Shown: one piece after another, positions 39,901 through 50,764 of the stretch
Position numbering within the stretch: position 1 is the stretch's first letter
Layout: each line of letters opens with the position of its first letter
NCBI GenBank assembly: GCA_030390025.1
Contig: CM059433.1
Span: 25,918,001 to 25,982,000 of the forward strand
Length of the DNA: 64,000 nucleotides
Source of the DNA: Squalus acanthias
Taxonomy: Eukaryota
Direction: 5' to 3'
Notes under the pieces: generated by a model
Told to the model about the DNA's origin: nothing
What the model saw: only the letters and a program-made list of their open reading frames with translations
The model's database searches: none
Translations under genes and position numbers: made by a program

Positions 39901-42900
39901 CAGGACAGACTGCCATTGATTAGTCTGCTTATATAGACAGGACAGACTGTTATTGATTAGACTGTTTATATAGACAGGACAGACTGTTATTGATTAGACT
40001 GCTTATATAGACAGGACAGACTGCTATTGATTAGACTGCTTATATAGACAGGACAGACTGCTATTGATTAGTCAGCTTAAATAGACAGGACAGACTGCTA
40101 TTGATTAGTCTGCTTATGTAGACAGACCAGACTGTTATTGATTAGACTGCTTATATAGACAGGACAGACTGTTATTGATTAGACTGTTGTTTAGACAGGA
40201 CAGACTGCTATTGATTAGACTGCTTATATAGACAGGACAGACTGCTATTGATTAGTCTGCTTATATAGACAGGTCAGAGTGCTATTGATTAGTCTGCTTA
40301 TATAGACAGGACAGACTGCCATTGATTAGTTTTACATAGACAGACCAGACTGTTATTGATTAGACTGCTTATATAGGCAGGACAGACTGCTATTGATTAG
40401 TCTTATATAGACAGGACAGACTGCCATTGATTAGCCTGCTTATATAGACAGGTCAGATTGCTATTGATTAGTCTTATATAGACAGGACAGACTGCTATTG
40501 ATTAGACTGCTTATATAGACAGACCAGACTGTTATTGATTAGACTGCTTATAGAGACAGGACAGACTGCTATTGATTCGTCTGCTTATATAGACAGGACA
40601 GACTGCTATTGTTTAGTCTGCTTATATAGATAGGACAGACTGCCATTGATTAGTCAGCTTATATAGACAGGACAGACTGCTATTGATTAGGGTTCTTATG
40701 TAGACAGGACAGACTGCTATTGATTAAGGTTCTTATGTAGACAGGACAGACTGCTGTTGAGTAGTCAGCTTATATAGACAGGACAGACTGCTATTGTTTA
40801 GTCTGCTTATATAGATAGGACAGACTGCCATTGATTAGTCAGCTTATATAGACAGGACAAACTGCTATTCATTCGTCTGCTTATATAGACAGGACAAACT
40901 GCTATTGATTATGTTTCTTATATAGACAGGACAGACTGCTTTTGATTAGTCAGCTTATATAGACAGGACGGACTGCTATTGATTAGTCAGCTTATATAGA
41001 CAGGACAGACTGCTATTGATTAGGGTTCTTATGTAGACAGTACAGACTGCCATTGATTAGTCTGCTTATATAGACAGGACAGACTGCCATTGATTAGTTT
41101 GCTTATATAGACAGGACAGACTGCCATTGATTAGTCTGCTTATATAGACAGGACAGACTGCTATTGATTAGTCTGCTTATATAGACAGGACATACTGCTT
41201 TTGATTAGTTTGCTTATATAGACAGGACAGACTGCCATTGATTAGTCTGCTTATATAGACAGGACAGACTGCTATTGATTAGTTTGCTTATATAGACAGG
41301 ACAGACTGCCATTGATTAGTCTGCTTATATAGACAGGACAGACTGCCATTGATTAGTTTGCTTATATAGACAGGACAGACTGCCATTGATTAGTCTGCTT
41401 ATATAGACAGGACAGACTGCTATTGATTAGTCTGCTTTTATAGACAGGACAGACTGCCATTGATTAGTTTGCTTATATAGCCAGGACAGACTGCTATTGA
41501 TTAGTCTGCTTATATAGACAGGACAGACTGCCATTCATTAGTCTGCTTATATAGACAGGACATACTGCTATTGATTAGTTTGCTTATATTGACAGGACAG
41601 ACTGCCATTGATTAGTCTGCTTATATAGACAGGACAGACTGCCATTGATTAGTCTGCTTATATAGACAGGACAGACTGCCATTGATTAGTTTGCTTATAT
41701 AGACAGGACAGACTGCCATTGATTAGTCTGCTTATATAGACAGGACAGACAGCTATTGATTAGTCTGCTGATAGAGGCAGGACTAACTGCTATTAATTAG
41801 GGTTCTTATATAGACAGGACAGACTGCTATTGATGAGTCAGCTTATATAGACAGGACAGACTGCTATTGATTAGTCAGCTGATATCGACAGAACAGACTG
41901 CCATTGATTAGTTTGCTTATATAGACAGGACAGAGTGCCATTGATTAGTCTGCTTATATAGACAGGACCGACTGTTATTGATTAGTCTGCTTATATAGAC
42001 AGGACAGACTGCCATTGATTAGTCTGCTTATATAGACAGGACAGACTGCTATTGATTAGGGTGCTTATATAGACAGGACAGACTGCTATTGATTAGGGTG
42101 CTTATATAGGCAGGACAGACAGCTATTGATTAGGGTGCTTATATAGGCAGGACAGACTGTTATTGATTAATCAGCTTATATAGACAGGACAGATTGCTAT
42201 TGATTAGTCTGCTTATATAGACAGGACAGACTGCTATTGATTAGTCTGCTTATATAGACAGGACCGACAGTTATGGATTAGTCTCCTTATATAGACAGGA
42301 CAAACTGCCAGTGATTAGTCTTATATAGACAGGACCGACTGAAATTGATTAGTCTGCTTATATAGACAGGACAGACTGCTATTGATTAGGGTTCTTATGT
42401 AGACAAGACAGACTGCTATTGATTAGGCTTCTTATGTAGACAGGACAGACTGCTGTTGAGTAGTCAGCTTATATAGACAGGACAGACTGCCATTGATTAG
42501 TCAGCTTATATAGACAGGACAAACTGCTATTGATTCGTCTGCTTATATAGACAGGACAGACTGCCATTGATTAGTCAGCTTATATAGACAGGACAAACTG
42601 CTATTGATTCGTCTGCTTATATAGACAGGACAGACTGCTATTGATTAGGGTTCTTATGTAGACAGGACAGACTGCTGTTGCGTAGTCAGCTTATATAGAC
42701 AGGACAGACTGCTATTGTTTAGTCTGCTTATATAGATAGGACAGACTGCCATTGATTAGTCAGCTTATATAGACAGGACAGACTGCTATTGATTAGGGTT
42801 CTTATGTAGACAGGACAGACTGCTATTGATTAGGGTTCTTATGTAGACAGGACAGACTGCTGTTGAGTAGTCAGCTTATATAGACAGGACAGACTGCTAT

Positions 42901-45900
42901 TGTTTAGTCTGCTTATATAGATAGGACAGACTGCCATTGATTAGTCAGCTTATATAGACAGGACAAACTGCTATTGATTCGTCTGCTTATATAGACAGGA
43001 CAAACTGCCATTGATTAGTCTGCTCATATAGACAGGACAGACTGCTATTGATTAGTCAGCTTATATTGACAGGACAGACTGCTATTGATTAGTCAGCTTT
43101 CATAGACAGTACAGACTGCTTTTGATTAGGGTTCTTATGTAGACAGGACAGACTGCCATTGATTAGTCTGCTTATATAGACAGGACAGACTGCCATTGAT
43201 TAGTCTGCTTATATAGACAGGACTAGCTGGCATTGATTATGTTTCATATATAGACAGGACAGACTGCTGTTGATTAGTCTGCTTATATAGACAGGACAGA
43301 CTGCTATTGATTAGTCAGCTTATATAGACAGGACAGACTGCTATTGATTAGTCTGCTGATAGAGGCAGGACTAACTGCTATTAATTAGGGTTCTTATATA
43401 GACAGGACAGGCTGCCAATGATGAGTCAGCTTACATAGACAGGACTAACTGTTATTGATTAGGGTTCTTATGTAGACAGGACAAACTGCCATTGATTAGT
43501 CTGCTTATATAGACAGGACAGACTGCCATTGATTAGTCTGCTTATATAGACAGGACAGACTGCCATTGATTAGTCTGCTTATATAGACAGGACAGACTGC
43601 CATTGATTAGTCTGCTTATATAGACAGGACAGACTGCCATTGATTAGTCTGCTTATATAGACAGGACAGACTGTTATTGATTAGTCTGCTTATATAGACA
43701 GGACAGACTGTTATTGATTAGTCTGCTTATATAGACAGGACAGACTGCCATTGATTAGTCTGCTTATATAGACAGGACAGACTGTTATTGATTAGTCTGC
43801 TAATATAGACAGGACATACTGCTGTTGATTAGTCAGCTTATATAGACAGGACCGACTGTTATTTATTAGTCTGCTTATATAGACAGGACAGACTGCCATT
43901 GATTAGTCTGCTTATATAGACAGGACAGACTGCCATTGATTAGTCTGCTTATATAGACAGGACAGACTGCCATTGATTAGACTGCTTATATAGACAGGAC
44001 TGACTGTTATTGATTAGACTGCTTATATAGACAGGACAGACTGTTATTGATTAGACTGCTTAAATAGACAGGACAGACTGCTGTTGAGTAGTCAGCTTAT
44101 ATAGACAGGACAAACTGCTATTGTTTAGTCTGCTTATATAGACAGGACAGACTGCTATTGATTAGTCAGCTTATATAGACAGGTCAGACTGCTATTGATT
44201 AGTCTGCTTTTTAGACAGGACAGACTGCTATTGAATAGTCAGCTTATATAGACAGGACAGACTGCCAGTGATTAGTCTTATATAGACAGGACAGACTGCT
44301 GTTGATTAGACTGCTTATATAGACAGGACAGACTGCTATTGATTAGACTGCTTATATAGACAGGACGACAGCCATTGATTAGACTGCTTATAGACAGGAC
44401 AGACTCTTATTGATTAGACTGCTTATATAGACAGGACAGACTGCTATTGATTTGTCTGCTTAAATAGACAGGTCAGAGTGCTATTGATTACTCTGCTTAT
44501 CTTGACAGGTCAGAGTGCTATTGATTAGTCTGCTTATATAGACAGGACAGACTGCCAATGATAAGTCTGCTTATATAGACAGGACAGACTGCTATTGATT
44601 CGACTGCTTATATAGACAGACCAGACTGTTATTGATTAGACTGCTTATATAGACAGGACAGACTGCCATTGATTAGCCTGCTTATATAGACAGGACAGAC
44701 TGTTATTGATTAGACTGTTTATATAGACAGGACAGACTGCCATTGATTAGCCTGCTTATATAGACAGGACAGACTGCCATTGATTAGCCTGCTTATATAG
44801 ACAGGACAGACTGCTATTGATTAGCCTGCTTATATAGACAGGACAGACTGTTATTGATTAGACTGTTTATATAGACAGGACAGACTGCCATTGATTAGTC
44901 TGCATATATAGACAGGACAGACTGTTATTGATTAGCCTGCTTATATAGACAGGACAGACTGTTATTGATTAGACTGTTTATATAGACAGGACAGACTGTT
45001 ATTGATTAGACTGTTTATATAGACAGGACAGACTGTTATTGATTAGACTGTTTATATAGACAGGACAGACTGTTATTGATTAGACTGTTTATATAGACAG
45101 GACAGACTGTTATTGATTAGACTGTTTATATAGACAGGACAGACTGTTATTGATTAGCCTGCTTATATAGACAGGACAGACTGTTATTGATTAGACTGAT
45201 TATATAGACAGGACAGACTGCCATTGATTAGACTGCTTATATAGACAGGACAGACTGCTATTGATAAGGGTTCTTATGTAGACAGGACAGACTGTTATTG
45301 ATTAGACTGCTTATATAGACAGGACAGACTGCCATTGATTAGTCTGCTTATGTAGACAGGACAGACTGCTATTGATTAGTCAGCTTAAATAGACAGGACA
45401 GACTGTTATTGATTAGACTGCTTATATAGACAGGACAGACTGCTATTGATTAGTCTGCTTATATAGACAGGACAGACTGTTATTGATTAGACTGTTTATA
45501 TAGACAGGACAGACTGTTATTGATTAGCCTGCTTATATAGACAGGACAGACTGTTATTGATTAGACTGATTATATAGACAGGACAGACTGCCATTGATTA
45601 GACTGCTTATATAGACAGGACAGACTGCTATTGATAAGGGTTCTTATGTAGACAGGACAGACTGTTATTGATTAGACTGCTTATATAGACAGGACAGACT
45701 GCCATTGATTAGTCTGCTTATGTAGACAGGACAGACTGCTATTGATTAGTCAGCTTAAATAGACAGGACAGACTGTTATTGATTAGACTGTTTATATAGA
45801 CAGGACAGACTGTTATTGATTAGCCTGCTTATATAGACAGGACAGACTGTTATTGATTAGACTGATTATATAGACAGGACAGACTGCCATTGATTAGACT

Positions 45901-47714
45901 GCTTATATAGACAGGACAGACTGCTATTGATAAGGGTTCTTATGTAGACAGGACAGACTGTTATTGATTAGACTGCTTATATAGACAGGACAGACTGCCA
46001 TTGATTAGTCTGCTTATGTAGACAGGACAGACTGCTATTGATTAGTCAGCTTAAATAGACAGGACAGACTGTTATTGATTAGACTGCTTATATAGACAGG
46101 ACAGACTGCTATTGATTAGTCTGCTTATATAGACAGGACAGACTGTTATTGATTAGACTGCTTATATAGACAGGACAGACTGCTATTGATTAGTCTGCTT
46201 ATGTAGACAGACCAGACTGTTATTGATTAGACTGCTTTTCTAGGCAGGTCAGATTGCTATTGATTAGTCTTTTCTAGACAGGACAGACTGCTATTGATTA
46301 GACTGCTTATATAGACAGACCAGACTGTTATTGATTAAACTGCTTATAGAGACAGGACAGACTGTTATTGATTAGTCTGCTTATATCGACAGGACAGACT
46401 GCCATTGATTACTCTGCTTATCTTGACAGGTCAGAGTGCTATTGATTAGTCTGCTTATATAGACAGGACAGACTGCTATTGATTCGACTGCTTATATAGA
46501 CAGACCAGACTGTTATTGATTAGACTGCTTATATAGACAGGACAGACTGCCATTGATTAGCCTGCTTATATAGACAGGACAGACTGTTATTGATTAGTCT
46601 TATATAGACAGGACAGACTGCTATTGATAAGGGTTCTTATGTAGACAGGACAGACTGCTATTGATTAGACTGTTTATATAGACAGGACAGACTGTTATTG
46701 ATTAGACTGATTATATAGACAGGACAGACTGCCATTGATTACTCTGCTTATCTTGACAGGTCAGAGTGCTATTGATTAGTCTGCTTATATAGACAGGACA
46801 GACTGCCAATGATAAGTCTGCTTATATAGACAGGACAGACTGCTATTGATTCGACTGCTTATATAGACAGACCAGACTGTTATTGATTAGACTGCTTATA
46901 TAGACAGGACAGACTGCCATTGATTAGCCTGCTTATATAGACAGGACAGACTGCTATTGATAAGGGTTCTTATGTAGACAGGACAGACTGCTATTGATTA
47001 GACTGTTTATATAGACAGGACAGACTGTTATTGATTAGACTGTTTATATAGACAGGACAGACTGTTATTGATTAGACTGCTTATATAGACAGGACAGACT
47101 GCTATTGATTAGTCAGCTTAAATAGACAGGACAGACTGCTATTGATTAGTCTGCTTATGTAGACAGACCAGACTGTTATTGATTAGACTGCTTATATAGA
47201 CAGGACAGACTGTTATTGATTAGACTGTTTTTTAGACAGGACAGACTGCTATTGATTAGACTGCTTATATAGACAGGACAGACTGCTATTGATTAGTCTG
47301 CTTATATAGACAGGTCAGAGTGCTATTGATTAGTCTGCTTATATAGACAGGACAGACTGCCATTGATTAGTTTTACATAGACAGACCAGACTGCCATTGA
47401 TTAGCCTGCTTATATAGACAGGTCAGATTGCTATTGATTAGTCTTATATAGACAGGACAGACTGCTATTGATTAGACTGCTTATATAGACAGACCAGACT
47501 GTTATTGATTAGACTGCTTATAGAGACAGGACAGACTGCTATTGATTAGACTGCTTATATAGACAGGACAGACTGCTATTGATTAGTCTGCTTATATAGA
47601 CAGACCAGACTGTTATTGATTAGACTGCTTATATAGACAGACCAGACTGCTATTGATTAGACTGCTTATATAGACAGGACAGACTGCTATTGATTAGTCT
47701 GCTTATATAGACAG
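18925..47714 (+). repeat. Satellite/minisatellite array, 37-bp monomer GACAGGACAGACTGCTATTGATTAGTCTGCTTATATA (about 780 units by length)
   Basis: Head-to-tail repeats with no spacers, read directly. Variants include 34-36 bp deletion monomers and GGGTGC/GGGTTC/GTCAGC/GACTGC substitutions. Confidence 0.98.
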
Positions 47715-47871
47715 TGTCGTAAGAATGAGCCTTACGCGTGGTGAACTTAAAGTAAGCTTTAATCAACTAAAAAGGTGCTACATACAAAAGAGGTCTTACT
47801 CTATGCTTCTCTAGGATCCAACTGATCAGCCCAGTATTTATCCTGGACTAATCACAGGAAGTGACGTAATA

Positions 47872-49540
47872 GAAACATAGAAACATAGAAAATAGGTACA
47901 GGAGTAGACCATTCGGTCCTTCGAGCCTGCACCGCCATTCAATGCGTTCATGGCTGAACATGCTACCTCAGTACCCCATTCCTGCTTTCTCGCCATACCC
48001 CTTGATCCCCCTAGTTGTGAGTGTTATATCTAACTCCCTTTTGAATATATTTAGTGAACTGGCCTCAACAACCTTCTGTGGAAGAGAGTTCCATAGATTC
48101 ACCACTCTCTGGGTGAAGAAGTTCCTCCTCAGCTCAGTCTTAAATGGCTTCCCCTTAATCCTTAGACTGTGACCCCTGGTTCTAGTTTTCCCTAACATTG
48201 GGAACATTCTGCCCGCATCTAATTTGTCTAAACCAGTCAGGATTTTAAATGTCTCTATAAGATCCCCCCTCATTCTTCTGAACTCCAGAGGATACAAGTT
48301 CAGTTGACCCAATCTTTCTTGATATGTCAGTCCGGCCATCCCAGGAATCAATCTAGTGAACCTTCGCTGCACTCCCTCAATAGCAAGAATGTCCTTCCTT
48401 AAGTTGGGAGACCAAAACTGCGCACAATACTCCAGGTGTGGCCTCACCAAGGCCCTGTACAACTGCAGCATCACCTCCCTACTCCTGTACTCAAATCCCC
48501 TTACTATGAAGGCCATCATTCCGTTTGCTTTCTTGACTGCCTGCTGCACTTGCATTCCCACCTTCAGTGACTGATGTACCATGACGCCCAGGTCTCGTTG
48601 CACCTCCCCTTTCCCTAATCTGCCACCATTCAGGTAATAGTCCGCCTCTCTATTTTTACCACCAAAGTGGATAACCTCACATTTATCCACATTGTACTTC
48701 ATCTGCCATACATTTGCCCATTCACCCAACCTGTCCAAGTCACTCTGTAGCCTCCTAGCATCCTCCTCATTGTTCACACTGCCTCCCAATTTAGTGTCAT
48801 CCGCAAATTTGGAGATATTACATTTAATCCCTTCATCCAAATCATTAATATATAATGTAAACAGCTGGGGTCCCAGCACCGAACCCTGCGGTACCCCGCT
48901 GGTCACTGCCTGCCATTCTGAAAAGTACCCATTTACTCCTACTCTTTGTTTCCTGTGTGCCAACCAGTTCTCAATCCACGTCAACACATTACCCCCAATC
49001 CCATGTGCTTTAACTTTGCTCACCAATCTCTTGTGTGGGACCTTGTCGAAGGCCTTCTGAAAGTCCAAATACACCACATCTACTGGTTCCCCCCTGTCCA
49101 CCCTATTGGAAACATCCTCAAAAAATTCCAGAAGATTTGTCAAGCATGATTTCCCTTTCACAAATCCATGCTGACTTGGACCTATCATGTCGCCACTTTC
49201 CAAATGGTCTGTTATGACATCTTTAATAATTGCTTCCATCATTTTACCCACGACCGATGTCAGGCTGACCGGTCTATAATTCCCTGCTTTCTCCCTCCCT
49301 CCTTTTTTAAAAAGAGGGGTTACATTGGCCACCCTCCACTCCATCGGAACTGATCCAGAGTCTAAGGAATGTTGGAAAATGATCGTCAATGCATCCACTA
49401 TTTCCAAGGCCACCTCCTTAAGTACTCTGGGATGCAGACCATCAGGCCCCGGGGATTTTTCAACCTTCAGTCCCATCAATTTCCCCAATACCTTTTCCCG
49501 ACTAATAAGGATTTTCCTCAGCTCCTCCCTCTTACCAGAT
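47872..49540 (-). mobile_element. Young 5'-truncated CR1 LINE nested in the Gypsy 3' LTR
   Basis: (TTTCTATG)n tail at the left end. TAATA duplicated at 47867-47871 and 49541-49545. Uninterrupted RT frame. Confidence 0.95.
47968..49488 (-). CDS. CR1 ORF2 reverse transcriptase domain and C-terminus (5'-truncated, open frame of 506 aa)
   Basis: KSPGPDG, NYRPVSLTS, QHGF, LDFQKAFDKV, SGVPQGSVLGP, KFADD, RDLGV motifs. No endonuclease domain, so non-autonomous. Confidence 0.9.
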   Translation of the reverse strand: MGKLMGLKVEKSPGPDGLHPRVLKEVALEIVDALTIIFQHSLDSGSVPMEWRVANVTPLFKKGGREKAGNYRPVSLTSVVGKMMEAIIKDVITDHLESGDMIGPSQHGFVKGKSCLTNLLEFFEDVSNRVDRGEPVDVVYLDFQKAFDKVPHKRLVSKVKAHGIGGNVLTWIENWLAHRKQRVGVNGYFSEWQAVTSGVPQGSVLGPQLFTLYINDLDEGIKCNISKFADDTKLGGSVNNEEDARRLQSDLDRLGEWANVWQMKYNVDKCEVIHFGGKNREADYYLNGGRLGKGEVQRDLGVMVHQSLKVGMQVQQAVKKANGMMAFIVRGFEYRSREVMLQLYRALVRPHLEYCAQFWSPNLRKDILAIEGVQRRFTRLIPGMAGLTYQERLGQLNLYPLEFRRMRGDLIETFKILTGLDKLDAGRMFPMLGKTRTRGHSLRIKGKPFKTELRRNFFTQRVVNLWNSLPQKVVEASSLNIFKRELDITLTTRGIKGYGEKAGMGY

Positions 49541-49582
49541 TAATAAAGTTCAAGTCACAGGAAGCTGTATTGTGTTACCACA

Positions 49583-49594
49583 TTCTCCCCCCCC
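49583..49594 (-). other. Polypurine tract of the Gypsy element
   Basis: Minus strand TTTT-GGGGGGGGAGAA immediately precedes the TGTGGTAAC start of the 3' LTR. Confidence 0.9.
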
Positions 49595-49620
49595 AAAAGA
49601 TTAGGAGGCCGGGATGAAGT

Positions 49621-50764
49621 TCAAGTCACAGGAAGCTGTATTGTGTTACCACATTCTCCCTCCATTTCGTAGCCGCTGGACGAGGGAGAGCCGCACCCGT
49701 TTGGGTTCTCGTAGCGGTAGAGGGCCCCAGCCCGTTTACCCGCCGCGGGCCGTGGACCAGAGTCCGAGTGATCCAGCCCGCTCTGTGAGGGGTCAGGACA
49801 ATCCTGACTGTGTACTGGTGCCCGAACGGGTGTCGGGCAGGGCTGTGGCAGATCCGTTTCCGAGCGGATGGTACGGGGTGGATCGTGGCTGCGCGTGCGA
49901 GCCCCGACGGGCTCATAGTCAGTCTGCCCCAGGTCGGCACGCTGGAGTGAGGTACCAGCCGGCGTCAGATCCAGATCGTGATGAGAGGCACCTGGCGAGC
50001 CCAGAGATGTGCCTGGTACAATATCATCCCCTGGTGTCCCTCTATGTTTCGGCGGGCAGGGAGCCAGATCCCGCAATGACACGGTAGATTCCCGACCGTC
50101 AGGATACCGAATATAGGCGTAGGTAGGGTTGACGTCAGTGAGCTCAACCTCATCTACCAGGGGGTCATTCTTAGACGCCCGAACATATCTTCGGAGTAGC
50201 ACTGGTCCCGGTGCAGTCAGCCACGACGGGAGAGATATCCCATAGGATGAGCGACGCTGAAATCGGAAGAACCGTTCATGAGGCGTCGTATTTGTGGCGG
50301 TCGAAAGGAGGGACCATGTGGAGTGTAATGCGTCTGGAAGTACTGCTTCCCATTGCTGGTTGGGTAGGCCCCGAGATCTCAAAGCCAGACGTACCGCATT
50401 CCAGATGATAGCGTTAAAACGCTCGACTTGCCCATTCCCGACCGGATGATAAGGCGTCGTTCTGCTGGCAGCAATACCCCGTTCCGAGAGATAGGCCTTG
50501 AGTTCTCCTGACATAAAAGAAGGGCCCCGATCCGAATGAACATAGGATGCCATGCCACAGAAAGCAAATACCTGCTCAAGGCAGCTGATAACCGTGGTCG
50601 TCAGCATATTGGGGCAGGGAAAGGCAAACGGAAAACGGGAATACTCATCGACCATGGTCAATAGATAAGTGTTGCGAGTTGAAGAGGGCAACGGCCCCTT
50701 AAAATCGATGCTAAGCCGTTGCATTGGCTGGGTCGCATGTATGAGTATACCACCCGAGGGGCGG
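49621..50764 (-). CDS. Gypsy integrase catalytic core and C-terminal tail (frameshifted from gag-pol)
   Basis: DDE motifs LSIDFKGPLP, VHSDRGPSF, GNGQVERFN. No chromodomain recognisable. Confidence 0.92.

Larger units (their letters stand above)
47715..49582 (-). repeat. 3' LTR, split by CR1 (47715-47871 and 49546-49582)
   Basis: The joined pieces match 53675-53868 with 2 substitutions (gcTtct/gcCtct; gtgaCgt/gtgaTgt). Confidence 0.95.
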
